62,790 nucleotides of DNA from the NCBI GenBank assembly GCA_007571315.1, contig RKRP01000054.1, forward strand, positions 1 through 62,790. Direction: 5' to 3'. Origin of the DNA: Gammaproteobacteria bacterium. Lineage in GTDB: Bacteria > Pseudomonadota > Gammaproteobacteria > Steroidobacterales > Foliamicaceae. The translations under genes were made by a program, and so were the position numbers. The notes below the pieces were generated by a model. The model saw nothing but the letters and a program-made list of their open reading frames with translations. It ran no database searches and was not told the origin of the DNA. Shown here piece after piece: positions 42,786-53,209 of this stretch; position 1 is the stretch's first letter, and each line of letters begins with the position of its first letter.

Positions 42786-44150
42786 ATGAAAGCGCGCCTG
42801 ACCGAAGGGCCTGTCGGCCGCAATTTGTGGGAATTGATGGCGCCGATGATGATCGGGCTTCTGGCCATGATTTCCTTCGGCCTGGTGGATGCCTGGTTCG
42901 TCAGCCGTCTGGGCCCCCTTCCGCTGGCCGCGGTCAGCTACACGCAGCCGGTAGGGTTTGTGGTGGCCGCCATGGCCTTAGGCGTAGGCGTGGGCGCCAG
43001 TTCCGTCATTGCCCGTCTTCTGGGCCAGGGCGCCAGGCGCCGCGTGCGGAGGATAGCAACCCATGCCTTCCTGCTGAGCGGACTGCTGGGCGTGGTGTTG
43101 CTGGCGGTGGGCTGGTTTTTCATGGACTTCATTTTCGGCCTGATGGGCGCCGACGAGACCACCATGCCGCTGGTGCGCGACTATATGGAGATCTACCTGG
43201 TGGGCCTGATCTTCGTGGTGGGGCCCGTGATTGGCGGATCAATCCTGCGCGCGCTGGGCGATGCCAAATCGCCCGGCCTGTTGCTTACCCTCACCGCATT
43301 GGTGAACGCTGTTCTGGATCCAATTCTGATTTTCGGCCTTTTCGGATTTCCGCGGATGGAGGTGCAGGGGGCCGCGCTCGCCACCGTGATCGCCAACCTG
43401 GTTTCCCTTACAGCCATGCTGATGATCGGAATTCGCCGCGACAAGTTCCTGACCCTGCGCGGCATGAAACTGATTCTTGATTCCTGGAAACGCATTTTGC
43501 ATGTTGGGCTTTCGGCCACCGCTTCCGGATTGATGGCGCCTTTGACTTCCGCTTTTGTGACCGCGATGGTGGCGCGCTTCGGTCAAACCGCGGTGGCGGG
43601 GTTTGGCGTTGGAGTCCGCACCGAGGCGCTGGCGATTTTGCCGTTTATGGCGCTGGGCGCCGCGATTGGGCCGTTCGTGGGACAAAACGCGGGAGCCGAG
43701 CGCATGGACCGGGTGCGGGCCGCGCACAATTGGTGCCTGCGTTTTGTGTGCTTTTATGGTCTTGGCGTGGCCGCCTTGCTTACGATCTTTGCCGAGCCTA
43801 TCGTGGGATTTTTCACCCAGGACGAGGGCGCCGTGCGTGCGGCGGTTACGCAGTTGCGCATCCTCCCCTGGACTTATTGCCTGCTGGGCGTGACCGTAAT
43901 CTCCAACACTTCCCTGAACGCGCTCGGCAAACCGCTGGCGGCTATGGTGGTGTCCTTGTGCCGGACGCTTCTGGCGTACATGCCGCTTTCATGGCTGCTG
44001 GGCCTGCTGTTTGGCCTGATCGGCGTGTTTTTCGGCGGCGCCCTGGGGAACCTGCTGTCGGCGGCTGTGGGCTTGACGCTTCTGAGGCGGGGGCTGCGCC
44101 AAATCGAGCGCGACGGCGCGCTGCCGGAGAGGAACCGTGGCGCGGGCTAG
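42786..44150 (+). CDS. MATE-family efflux transporter
   Basis: 454 aa with 12 TM segments and a MATE-type N-terminus (LWELMAPMMIGLLAMISFGLVDAWFVSRLG). Confidence 0.85.
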   Translation: MKARLTEGPVGRNLWELMAPMMIGLLAMISFGLVDAWFVSRLGPLPLAAVSYTQPVGFVVAAMALGVGVGASSVIARLLGQGARRRVRRIATHAFLLSGLLGVVLLAVGWFFMDFIFGLMGADETTMPLVRDYMEIYLVGLIFVVGPVIGGSILRALGDAKSPGLLLTLTALVNAVLDPILIFGLFGFPRMEVQGAALATVIANLVSLTAMLMIGIRRDKFLTLRGMKLILDSWKRILHVGLSATASGLMAPLTSAFVTAMVARFGQTAVAGFGVGVRTEALAILPFMALGAAIGPFVGQNAGAERMDRVRAAHNWCLRFVCFYGLGVAALLTIFAEPIVGFFTQDEGAVRAAVTQLRILPWTYCLLGVTVISNTSLNALGKPLAAMVVSLCRTLLAYMPLSWLLGLLFGLIGVFFGGALGNLLSAAVGLTLLRRGLRQIERDGALPERNRGAG

Positions 44151-45132
44151 CAGCAGCGCGCTCATTGCAGCGTTGATGCTGGTGGCCGCCGCTCCTGCCG
44201 CTGGCGAGGAAACGCTTACCTTGGTGAGTTCCTGGAACCGGCAGATCAATTTTTCGCAGCATGCGGAGAATTACATCAACGCGGTTAACGAGCGCGGCCG
44301 CGGCGTGGTGCGGATCGACTTTCTCGGCGGTCCGGAAGTGATCCCGCAACGCCAGTTGTTCTACGCCCTGCGGCGGGGCGTAATCGACATGGCCTTAGGC
44401 GGCATCACCTACTACCTGGGGCTGCTGCCGGAAGGCGATGCCATTTTCGCTGCCAATATCGACCCCATGCAGGCGCGCGCCTCGGGCGCCTTGGCGGCAC
44501 TGCAGCCGTACTGGAAAGAACGCGCCAATTCCCATTTGATCGGCTGGATGCAGTCCGGCGTGGGCATCAGCATCTATCTGGCGAAGCGGCCGCGGTTCAC
44601 GCCGGAGGGAATGCCGGATCTGCGCGGTTTGAAGATCCGCACCTCTCCCTCTAACCGCGAGTTGCTGTACGCCTTTGGCGCCCGTCCGGTGCAGATTGCC
44701 CTGCGCGAAGTCTATACGGCGCTGCAGCGCGGCACCGTGGATGGCCTGGCCTTCACGAGCGTGGGTCTGGCTGATCTGGGCGTGGAGAAATTTGTGCGCT
44801 ACCGCATCGATCCGGAAGTGCTGAACCTGTCGATCTGTTTGCAGATCAATCTGGACCGCTGGAACAGCCTGAGCGAGGAGGCCCGGCGCATCCTCACCGA
44901 AGAGGCCGAGAAGTACGCGGTGGTGGCCAGAGAGTGGTTTGGCGACCTCAGAATAAAGGAACATGCTGAACTTGCCAGTACCGGATTTGAGGGTGTTGAG
45001 GCGCCTGACCCGGAAGCTTTCCGCGATGTCGCCCACCGGGTGGTTTGGGAGCGCCTGCGCAGCCGCGCGCCGGCATCCGCAGGCGCCCTGAAACCCCTGT
45101 TCTATCCTCAAGAACCAGAATCGGAACGCTGA
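44137..45132 (+). CDS. TRAP transporter substrate-binding protein (DctP family)
   Basis: GTG start and a signal peptide. Its position ahead of the DctQ and DctM genes supports the call, and the RTSPS...Y/F blocks are typical of DctP-type binding proteins. Confidence 0.85.
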   Translation: MARASSSALIAALMLVAAAPAAGEETLTLVSSWNRQINFSQHAENYINAVNERGRGVVRIDFLGGPEVIPQRQLFYALRRGVIDMALGGITYYLGLLPEGDAIFAANIDPMQARASGALAALQPYWKERANSHLIGWMQSGVGISIYLAKRPRFTPEGMPDLRGLKIRTSPSNRELLYAFGARPVQIALREVYTALQRGTVDGLAFTSVGLADLGVEKFVRYRIDPEVLNLSICLQINLDRWNSLSEEARRILTEEAEKYAVVAREWFGDLRIKEHAELASTGFEGVEAPDPEAFRDVAHRVVWERLRSRAPASAGALKPLFYPQEPESER

Positions 45133-45151
45133 GCAGGTGCCGGGCCGCAGC

Positions 45152-45652
45152 ATGCTGTCGAGAGTTTGGGATGGGCTGGTGAACGGTCTGGTGTTTTTGG
45201 CCTGCGCGCTGATCGCGGCCGACTGCCTGCTGATCGTGGTGGATGTTGCGTTGCGCAACCTGAAGATGCAGCCGCCTGCCTACACGGTGGCGCTTACCGA
45301 ATACTCGCTGCTCTACATGACCATGGCGGCGGCGCCCTGGCTGGTGCGTGAGCGGGCCTGGATTGTGGTGGAAGTGCTGTATCGGCGGGCTCCGCTTTCC
45401 GTCCGTCCAGCGCTGGACCGGGCCATCTTCAGCCTGTGCGCGGCGGTGAGCGGGATCGTGGCCGTTTTGGCCTGCATCCTGGCGGTGGAGGGCGCGCTGC
45501 GCGGCGAAGTGGAGATGCGCTCGCTGGATATGCCGCGCTGGGCACTGTTCGCGCCGGTGGCGCTGGGCTTCGCCATGATGGGAGTGGAGTTCGCGCGCTG
45601 CCTGCTGCGAGGCGACAGCATGTCCGAAGCGGACGCCGAGCAGGCGTTCTGA
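45152..45652 (+). CDS. TRAP transporter small permease (DctQ)
   Basis: About 166 aa with four TM helices, lying between the TRAP P and M genes. ATG 45152 is preferred over GTG 45137. Confidence 0.8.
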   Translation: MLSRVWDGLVNGLVFLACALIAADCLLIVVDVALRNLKMQPPAYTVALTEYSLLYMTMAAAPWLVRERAWIVVEVLYRRAPLSVRPALDRAIFSLCAAVSGIVAVLACILAVEGALRGEVEMRSLDMPRWALFAPVALGFAMMGVEFARCLLRGDSMSEADAEQAF

Positions 45653-45671
45653 GGCCGCAAGGAAGCCGGGC

Positions 45672-46958
45672 ATGGCCGCTGGAGTTGCCGTTTTCCTGCT
45701 GGTGTTCGTTTTCATGGCGCTGGGCGTGCCGGTGGCGTTCGCGTTCCTGGCTGCCAACCTGGTGGGCGCCTGGATCATCATGGGAGACTGGTTTGGCCCG
45801 TTGCAGGCGGTTGATAACGCCACCAGCCTGATCACCAGCTTCACGCTGGTTGCCATCCCCATGTTCATTTTCATGGGCGCGCTGCTGTTTCACTCGGGGC
45901 TGGCGATAAGAGTGTTCGATGCGCTGGAGACGCTTTTTGGACGGCTGCCGGCCCGGTTGAGTTACATCACGGTGGCGGGCGGCGCCACGTTCTCCACATT
46001 AACCGGTTCCACCATGGCCAACACCGCCATGCTGGGGTCGCTGATGATCCCGGAGATGACCCGGCGCGGCTATGCGCCGCATATGTCCATCGGCCCGATC
46101 ATCGGCGCGGGCGGCCTGGCCATGCTGATACCGCCGTCCTCCCTGGGTGTGCTGCTCGGCAGTCTGGCCGGACTGAACATTGGCGCTCTGCTGATAGCGG
46201 GAATCATTCCGGGACTGATTTTGGCTTTGGGCTACAGCCTGGTCATCTACCTCCAGGCGCGTTTCAACCCGGCCAGCGCTCCCAGTTATGGCGTCGAGCG
46301 GGCACCCGTTGGGGAGCGCGTGAGGATGCTGGTTTTCAACATTCTTCCGCTTGGCCTAGTGATATTTTGCGTTGTTGGCTTCATCGTGCTCGGCTGGGCC
46401 ACGCCCTCGGAAGCGGCTGCTTTTGGCGCGCTCAGCGTTGCCGTGCTGGCCGCGCTGGCGCGCAAGCTGACCCTCAAGTCGCTGAGGGCGGCGCTAACCA
46501 GCACCGTGCGCATATCGGGAATGGTGTTTTTGCTCATCCTGAGCTCTTCGGTGTTCAGTCAGTTGATGGCTTTTTCCGGGGTCAGCACCGCGGTGGTGGA
46601 TTGGTCGATCGGGCTGGAGGCGGGCCCGTACGCCAAGCTGCTGCTCATGTTTGCTTTGATGCTGGTGCTGGGCATGTTTCTGGACCAGATATCGATCCTT
46701 CTGCTCACCATCCCGGTATTCTTTCCACTTGCCGCTTCAATGGGGTTCGACACGATCTGGTTTGGGGTGGTGGTGCTTCTGGCCCTGGAAATGAGCCTTA
46801 CCACGCCTCCTTTCGGGCTGCTTTTGTTCCTCATGCAGAGCGTTGCGCCCAAGGGGACTACGCTGGGACAGGTGATTGGCGCCGCAGCGCCTTATCTGGC
46901 TTGCGATGCCCTGTTGCTGGGCGTGCTGATTCTGTTCCCGGCTATTACTCTTGCTTGA
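45672..46958 (+). CDS. TRAP transporter large permease (DctM)
   Basis: 428 aa, polytopic, with DctM-type blocks (IPMFIFMG, TGSTMANT). Confidence 0.9.
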   Translation: MAAGVAVFLLVFVFMALGVPVAFAFLAANLVGAWIIMGDWFGPLQAVDNATSLITSFTLVAIPMFIFMGALLFHSGLAIRVFDALETLFGRLPARLSYITVAGGATFSTLTGSTMANTAMLGSLMIPEMTRRGYAPHMSIGPIIGAGGLAMLIPPSSLGVLLGSLAGLNIGALLIAGIIPGLILALGYSLVIYLQARFNPASAPSYGVERAPVGERVRMLVFNILPLGLVIFCVVGFIVLGWATPSEAAAFGALSVAVLAALARKLTLKSLRAALTSTVRISGMVFLLILSSSVFSQLMAFSGVSTAVVDWSIGLEAGPYAKLLLMFALMLVLGMFLDQISILLLTIPVFFPLAASMGFDTIWFGVVVLLALEMSLTTPPFGLLLFLMQSVAPKGTTLGQVIGAAAPYLACDALLLGVLILFPAITLA

Positions 46959-47028
46959 ATCCTGAGTTGGCGCAATATGCGGCGGGAAGGGGCTCGGCGG
47001 CGGCGGTTCAAGCGGGGGCGCTATTCGG

Positions 47029-49011
47029 TTAGGGCTGGGTGAGCTGGCGGATCAGGTCGGCGTTCTCCAGGGTTGAAATGTCCTGATTGATTTCCTCGCC
47101 GCGGGCAATGGAGCGGAGGAGCCGGCGCATGATTTTGCCGGAGCGTGTTTTGGGCAGCGCTTCAACGATCCGCAAATCGTCGGGGCGCGCGATGGGGCCG
47201 AGTTGCTGGTCCACCCAGGCGCGCAACTCCTGCTGATCTGTGTCCGCATTCGAGGGCGGCGAGCTTTTTTTGTTGGCGGCTTCGCCTTTGAGCACCACGA
47301 AGGCGAAGATGGATTCCCCCTTGATCTCGTGGGGACGGCTGACCACGGCGGCCTCGGCCACATCCGGATGCGCCACCAGGGCCGATTCCACTTCCATGGT
47401 TCCCAGACGGTGGCCGGACACGTTCACCACGTCGTCCAGCCGCCCCATGATCCAGAAGTAGCCGTCGGCATCGCGCCTGGCGCTGTCTCCGGTAATGTAG
47501 CAACTGTTGCCGAATTTGCCGAAATAGGTGTCCCGGTAGCGCTGGCTGTCGCCCCAGATGCCGCGCAGCATGGAGGGCCAGGGGTGGCGTATCACTAGGT
47601 AGCCGCCGCGGTTGGGTTCGGTAATTTCCTCGCCGTTTTCATCCACGATGGCCGCATGCACGCCCGGCAGGGGCCGGGTGCAGGAACCGGGCTTGGTGGC
47701 CGTTACGCCCGGCACTGGCGAAATCATGATGCCGCCGGTTTCGGTTTGCCACCAGGTGTCCACAATGGGGCAGTCGCCCCCGCCAATGACCCGGTGATAC
47801 CACATCCAGGCTTCGGGATTGATCGGCTCGCCAACGGTGCCCAGCAGGCGCAGCGAAGAAAGATCGTATTGCGCCGGCAGCTTATCGCCCAGCCTCATCA
47901 GGGCGCGGATGGCTGTGGGCGCGGTATAGAACACGGTTACGCCGTAGCGTTCGCAAATGCTCCAGAACCGCCCGCCATCGGGGTAGGCGGGCGCCCCTTC
48001 ATATATCACCACCGTTGCGCCGTTCGCTAGCGGCCCGTAGGCCACGTAGCTGTGGCCGGTAATCCAGCCCACGTCGGCGGTGCACCAGAAGACATCGTCC
48101 TCCCTGAGATCGAAAACCCAGCGGCAAGTGAGTTTGGCGTGCAGCAGATAGCCCGCGGTGGAATGCTGGATGCCCTTGGGCTTGCCGGTTGAGCCGGAGG
48201 TGTAGAGCAGAAACAGCGGATGCTCGGCGTTAACGTATTCCGCCGGGGCCGCAGCGGTTGAATCGGCGGCGGCGGTAATTTCGTGGGCCCACAGATCCCT
48301 TTCATCCCGCCATTCGATCGCGTCTCCGCAGTGCCGGAACACGATTACGCGGCGGACTTGGTGCGCGCCGTATTCGAGCGCCTGATCGACGGCGCTCTTG
48401 AGGCGCACCGGCTTGCCTGCGCGCCGTCCGGCATCCGCCGTGATGACCGTCCGGGCCCGGGCGTCAACCACGCGGTCGTAGAGCGAGCGCGCCGAGAAGC
48501 CGCCAAACACCACCGAGTGGACCGCGCCGATGCGCGCGCAGGCGTGCATCGCGATGATGGCCTCCGGGCACATCGGCATATAGACCACCACCCGGTCGCC
48601 GCGCGCCACGCCTTGCGCGCGCAGGGCCGCGCCGAAGCGGGCTATTGCCTGACCGAGTTCCTTGTAACTCAAACAGCGCGTGTCGCCGCTCTCGCTTTCA
48701 TAAACAATGGCCGCGCGGTCCGGCGCGCTTTCGATCCATGGCCCCAGGCAGGATTCGCTGGCATTCAGTTCGCCATCAGCGAACCACGCAAAATGCGGCG
48801 CCTGCGAGCGGTCCAGAGCGCGCGTGAAGGGCTTGCGCCACACGAGGTGTTCGCGGGCCAGTTCCGCCCACATGCCTTGCGGGTCGTCATGGCCGCTGCG
48901 CCGCAGCTGGTTCAGGCCCTGCTCGTCCAGCAGCGCCCGGCCTGAAAAATCGGCGCCCGGAGCAAATTGGCGATCTTCGCTTAAGACCGATTCGATGCCG
49001 CCCGCCGTCAT
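47029..49011 (-). CDS. acs: acetyl-CoA synthetase
   Basis: About 660 aa with the AMP-binding motif YTSGSTGKPKG, WWQTETGG, and the C-terminal PKTRSGKIMRR block. Confidence 0.95.
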   Translation of the reverse strand: MTAGGIESVLSEDRQFAPGADFSGRALLDEQGLNQLRRSGHDDPQGMWAELAREHLVWRKPFTRALDRSQAPHFAWFADGELNASESCLGPWIESAPDRAAIVYESESGDTRCLSYKELGQAIARFGAALRAQGVARGDRVVVYMPMCPEAIIAMHACARIGAVHSVVFGGFSARSLYDRVVDARARTVITADAGRRAGKPVRLKSAVDQALEYGAHQVRRVIVFRHCGDAIEWRDERDLWAHEITAAADSTAAAPAEYVNAEHPLFLLYTSGSTGKPKGIQHSTAGYLLHAKLTCRWVFDLREDDVFWCTADVGWITGHSYVAYGPLANGATVVIYEGAPAYPDGGRFWSICERYGVTVFYTAPTAIRALMRLGDKLPAQYDLSSLRLLGTVGEPINPEAWMWYHRVIGGGDCPIVDTWWQTETGGIMISPVPGVTATKPGSCTRPLPGVHAAIVDENGEEITEPNRGGYLVIRHPWPSMLRGIWGDSQRYRDTYFGKFGNSCYITGDSARRDADGYFWIMGRLDDVVNVSGHRLGTMEVESALVAHPDVAEAAVVSRPHEIKGESIFAFVVLKGEAANKKSSPPSNADTDQQELRAWVDQQLGPIARPDDLRIVEALPKTRSGKIMRRLLRSIARGEEINQDISTLENADLIRQLTQP

Positions 49012-49034
49012 GAGCTTGCCGCGCCGCGGCCGGT

Positions 49035-49652
49035 TCAAGCGGCCTTTTCGAACTGGCGCTGCAAACGGCTGTTGCGCGGAAAGTGGGCTGCCAGAAACTC
49101 CATCTGGTCGGTCAGCACCCGCCGGCCCTTAAGATAAATGTATTCCGCGTAGGTGGGCACGAAGGGCACCGCCAGCAACTCCATCCCTGCGTCTTCCGGC
49201 AGCCGCCCGCCCTTGAAATTATTGCAGCGCTTGCAGGCCGCAACCACGTTGGCCCAGGTGTCCGTGCCGCCCAGGCTGATCGGGCGGATGTGATCGCGAG
49301 TGAGGCCGCGGCTTAGGAAACGGCCTCCGCAATACATGCACAAATGGGCGTCGCGCCGGAACAGGGTGTGGTTGTTGAGCGGCGGCGTGTAATGGTTCAA
49401 GCGCTTTTTGAGCCCCGCCGACACGCCCTGGGTGGCTACGATGGTGTTGATTTCCAACTGGCTGCGCCGCCCGCTGAGCGCGCACACGCCGCCGCGAATC
49501 CGGAACATGGGCCGCCCGCAGAGATACGCCACCTGCCCGGCGTGGTGCAAGCGCACCGCGTCGCGGTAATCGATCCAGCCCAATGGCCGCCCGGCCACAT
49601 CGGTGCGCAGCACCCACTGGCGCAAGTCCACGGCATCGTTGAGGAGAAGCAT
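49035..49652 (-). CDS. HNH endonuclease (McrA-like small HNH protein)
   Basis: CMYCGG...RDHIRPISLGGTDTWANVVAACKRCNNFK is the HNH block. Length is 205 aa. Confidence 0.8.
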   Translation of the reverse strand: MLLLNDAVDLRQWVLRTDVAGRPLGWIDYRDAVRLHHAGQVAYLCGRPMFRIRGGVCALSGRRSQLEINTIVATQGVSAGLKKRLNHYTPPLNNHTLFRRDAHLCMYCGGRFLSRGLTRDHIRPISLGGTDTWANVVAACKRCNNFKGGRLPEDAGMELLAVPFVPTYAEYIYLKGRRVLTDQMEFLAAHFPRNSRLQRQFEKAA

Positions 49653-49768
49653 CGAATTATCCCTTTCAGCTTGCCTTATACCCCCAAATTGTAAAAACTC
49701 AAGCCAGCCTCGGCTACAATCCCCGCCGTTGTTTGCTGTGCGCCGCGCCTCTCTTTCCTGATTCCCGC

Positions 49769-50899
49769 ATGCCCGTAGCTATTGGTGTACTGCGCGAGAC
49801 CGCGCCTGGCGAGCAGCGCGTGGCGGTTGTGCCTAAGGTGCTTGCCCGAATGCGCCAGGCGGGTTTGCGCGTCATTATCGAGAAGGGGGCCGGCTTGGCG
49901 GCCAGCTTTGCCGACGCGGACTACCAGAACGCTGAAATCGAAGCTTCCCCGGGCCGGGTGGCGGCCGGGGCGGACGTGCTGTTCTGCGTGGGGCCGCCGG
50001 ATCTTGAACGCATTGCCCGGCTGAAGAAGAGCGCAACGGTGGTGGGGCTGCTGAATGCCTACGCGCCCTCGGCTGCTGCGGATGCCCTGCGGGAGCGCGG
50101 CGTGACCGCCTTCTCCATGGAGTTGGTGCCGCGGATTGCGCGCGCTCAGTCCATGGATGTGTTGTCCTCGCAGGCTTCGATAGCAGGCTACAAGGCGGTG
50201 TTGATGGCTGCCAACGCATCGCAGAAGTTTCTGCCGATGCTCACCACCGCCGCGGGCACTATCAGCCCCGCACGGGTTCTGGTGCTTGGCGCCGGCGTGG
50301 CGGGGTTGCAGGCCATCGCCACGGCCCGCCGGCTGGGCGCGGTGGTGGAAGCCTATGACGTGCGCGAGGAAACCCGCGAGCAGGTTGAATCCCTGGGGGC
50401 GCGGTTTGTCGATTCGGGCGTTAGCGCTACCGGAGAGGGCGGCTACGCCCGGGAGCTCACCAGCGAAGAAAAAGCCATGCAGCAGGAGGCGCTGGAGCGG
50501 CATATCGCCGCCTGCGACATTCTGATTACCACAGCGGCGGTTCCGGGAAGGCCCTCGCCGCGCATTGTGAGCGCCGCCGCCGCGGGGAAGATGCGCCCCG
50601 GCGCCGTAATCGTGGATCTTGCCGCCGAGGGCGGCGGAAACTGCGAGTTGAGCCGTCCGGGCGAGACGATCGACCATCAGGGCGTGTGCATTATGGCGCC
50701 GCTTAAGGTTCCCGCGATGATGGCCCGCCACGCCAGCGCTATGTATTCCCGCAACCTGTTCAATTTCATCAAGCCCGCCATCAGCACTGACAAGTTCTCT
50801 ATCGATCTGGAGGACCCGGTGTTTGCCGGCGCGCTGCTGACGCACCAGGGCGAGATCCGTTACCCGGGAGCGCGCCGGGATCAAAACGCTAATGATTGA
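49769..50899 (+). CDS. pntAA: NAD(P) transhydrogenase alpha subunit, part 1
   Basis: AlaDH/PNT N- and C-terminal domains, with VLVLGAGVAGLQAIATARRLGA as the NAD fold. Confidence 0.9.
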   Translation: MPVAIGVLRETAPGEQRVAVVPKVLARMRQAGLRVIIEKGAGLAASFADADYQNAEIEASPGRVAAGADVLFCVGPPDLERIARLKKSATVVGLLNAYAPSAAADALRERGVTAFSMELVPRIARAQSMDVLSSQASIAGYKAVLMAANASQKFLPMLTTAAGTISPARVLVLGAGVAGLQAIATARRLGAVVEAYDVREETREQVESLGARFVDSGVSATGEGGYARELTSEEKAMQQEALERHIAACDILITTAAVPGRPSPRIVSAAAAGKMRPGAVIVDLAAEGGGNCELSRPGETIDHQGVCIMAPLKVPAMMARHASAMYSRNLFNFIKPAISTDKFSIDLEDPVFAGALLTHQGEIRYPGARRDQNAND

Positions 50900-51194
50900 C
50901 GGTTTTGTAGCGCTTTACATCTTCATGCTGGCGGCCTTCGTCGGCTATGAGGTTATTTCGCGCGTGCCGGTAATCCTGCATACCCCGCTGATGTCCGGGT
51001 CAAACTTCATTCACGGCATCGTGCTGGTGGGCGCCATGGTGGCATTGGGCCTTGCCGACACCACGCTTGAAAAGGCGATCGGCTTTGTTGGCGTGGCCCT
51101 GGCGTCTGGCAACGCGGTGGGCGGCTATGTGGTGACCGAGCGGATGCTGGAGATGTTCAGGCGCAGCAAGGACGGCGCTAAGGAAGGCGACTAG
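50892..51194 (+). CDS. pntAB: NAD(P) transhydrogenase alpha subunit, part 2 (membrane)
   Basis: 100 aa with three TM helices. Its position between pntAA and pntB supports the call, and it overlaps the pntAA end. Confidence 0.9.
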   Translation: MIDGFVALYIFMLAAFVGYEVISRVPVILHTPLMSGSNFIHGIVLVGAMVALGLADTTLEKAIGFVGVALASGNAVGGYVVTERMLEMFRRSKDGAKEGD

Positions 51195-51206
51195 GAACCG
51201 GGTCAA

Positions 51207-52580
51207 GTGACGCTGAATACGCTTATTGCAGGCAGCTACTTTCTCGCTGCGGTCGCATTTATTCTCGGCCTGAAGGCGATGAGTTCGCCGGCCGGCGCCC
51301 GGCGCGGCATCCTCTGGGCGGGGGGCGGCATGGTGCTGGCCACGCTGGTTACGTTCCTGTGGCCGAACATGGAAAACCGGCTGCTGATCCTCGCCGCCAT
51401 TCTGGTGGGGGGCGTGCCTGCCTGGATCAGCGGCCGCAAGGTGGCGATGACCGGCATGCCGCAAATGATTGCGCTCTACAACGGCATGGGCGGCGGCGCG
51501 GCGGCGGCTATCGCCTGGGTCGAACTTCTCAGCGATGGCCATGGCGGCGGCCTGAGCTGGACGGTGGTGACGCTGGCGGTAACGGGTGCGCTGATTGGCG
51601 CGGTATCGTTTTCCGGCAGCCTGCTGGCTTTCGCCAAGCTGGAAGGCTGGCTTAAACGCTCGCTGCGCTTCGCCGGTCAGAACCTGCTCAACCTCCTGAT
51701 CCTTCTGGTGGCGGTTGCGACGGCCGCGTTGCTGATTCTGGACGTGAGCGGGCCCTGGCTGACGGTGTTCATCGCCGTGGCGCTGTTGCTTGGAATAACG
51801 CTGACCATGCCGATTGGCGGCGCGGACATGCCGGTTGTGATTTCCCTCTACAACGCCTTGACCGGTCTTGCCGTGGGCCTGGAAGGCCTGGTTCTGGACA
51901 ACGCGGCCATGATTATTGCCGGCACCGTGGTTGGCGCGGCGGGCACCTTGCTGACTCAGTTGATGGCCAAGGCGATGAACCGGTCGCTGGCCAACGTGCT
52001 TTTCAGCGCTTTTGGCGAAACGGCGGCGGAAGGTGACGAAATCGAGGGGACCATGAAGCCGGTAGAGGCCATTGATGCCGCGGTCATGCTCGGTTTCGCC
52101 CGCCAGGTCATCATCATTCCGGGCTACGGCATGGCCGTGGCTCAGGCCCAGCACAAGGTGTGGGAACTGGCCGAGGCGCTCATGAAGCGGGGCGTCAGGG
52201 TCAAGTTCGCCATCCACCCGGTGGCCGGCCGCATGCCCGGGCACATGAACGTGCTGCTGGCGGAGGCCGGCGTGCCCTACGACCTGATTTTCGACGAAGC
52301 CGAAATCAACCCGGAATTTTCCAAAACCGATGTGGCGCTGGTGATTGGCGCCAATGATGTTGTCAACACGGCGGCGCGCACCGACACCGCCAGCCCCATC
52401 TACGGCATGCCGATACTGGACGCGGACAAGGCCAGCAACGCCATAGTCATCAAGCGCGGCAAAGGCGCCGGCTTTTCCGGCATTGAGAATGCGCTGTTCT
52501 ATCAGGACCGCACCCGCATGCTCTACGGCGACGGTCAGGCCAAGTGCGCCGAGTTGATCCGCGCGGTGCATGAACTCTAG
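51207..52580 (+). CDS. pntB: NAD(P) transhydrogenase beta subunit
   Basis: 457 aa with a polytopic N-terminal half and a C-terminal NADP(H) domain (PGYGMAVAQAQ, GANDVVN). Confidence 0.95.
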   Translation: MTLNTLIAGSYFLAAVAFILGLKAMSSPAGARRGILWAGGGMVLATLVTFLWPNMENRLLILAAILVGGVPAWISGRKVAMTGMPQMIALYNGMGGGAAAAIAWVELLSDGHGGGLSWTVVTLAVTGALIGAVSFSGSLLAFAKLEGWLKRSLRFAGQNLLNLLILLVAVATAALLILDVSGPWLTVFIAVALLLGITLTMPIGGADMPVVISLYNALTGLAVGLEGLVLDNAAMIIAGTVVGAAGTLLTQLMAKAMNRSLANVLFSAFGETAAEGDEIEGTMKPVEAIDAAVMLGFARQVIIIPGYGMAVAQAQHKVWELAEALMKRGVRVKFAIHPVAGRMPGHMNVLLAEAGVPYDLIFDEAEINPEFSKTDVALVIGANDVVNTAARTDTASPIYGMPILDADKASNAIVIKRGKGAGFSGIENALFYQDRTRMLYGDGQAKCAELIRAVHEL

Positions 52581-52604
52581 CAGCCTGCTGTAAAACGGAG
52601 GAGG

Positions 52605-53093
52605 ATGATCGTGAACGACACGCCGCAAGTGAGCCGCCTGGTGCGCGCCGCGCTTTTTGTTTCCAACCTCGAGCAGTCTTCGCGCTTTTACAAGCTGGGC
52701 CTTGGCTACCGCGAGGTTTATAGCGGGGGCGAACTGACTCACAAGGTGGCGCACGCCCTGCTCGGGGTGCCGGAGGACTCGGCGATTCGCTACGAAATTG
52801 TCAAGGCCGAGGGCCCGAACTTTGGGATGATCGGCTTGTTCGAGGTCGATCCGGCGCCGCCTGAAGTAAGCCGCCGCAGAGGCAGCGTGAATGTGGGCGA
52901 GGGCTGCCTGGTGCTTCTGACCACGGACATTCGCGCAGTGCGCAACCGCCTGGTGGACATGGGCGCGGAGATCGTATGCGAGCCGCAGCGGCTGGTCGTG
53001 CGGGGCAGCGCTCCCGGGAACCTGGAAATGACCTGCCGCGATCCCGACGGCATGCTGATCAACCTGATCGAACGCCCCGCCGGCAGTTTCTAG
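52605..53093 (+). CDS. VOC-family (glyoxalase/dioxygenase fold) protein, paralogue A
   Basis: About 160 aa. The start is (MI)VNDTPQVSRLVRAALFVSNLEQSSRFYK, and EMTCRDPDGMLINLIE lies near the C-terminus. Confidence 0.7.
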   Translation: MIVNDTPQVSRLVRAALFVSNLEQSSRFYKLGLGYREVYSGGELTHKVAHALLGVPEDSAIRYEIVKAEGPNFGMIGLFEVDPAPPEVSRRRGSVNVGEGCLVLLTTDIRAVRNRLVDMGAEIVCEPQRLVVRGSAPGNLEMTCRDPDGMLINLIERPAGSF

Positions 53094-53209
53094 CTCCGCC
53101 TTCCGCGGGGGTGGATGCCCTCGCTGCCGGCGAACCAGCCGGGTTCGCGTTAATCTGACCGCCTTGATCCCAGCGGGTTGCCGCTTTCTGTCCAATTGGG
53201 AGGTTTAAC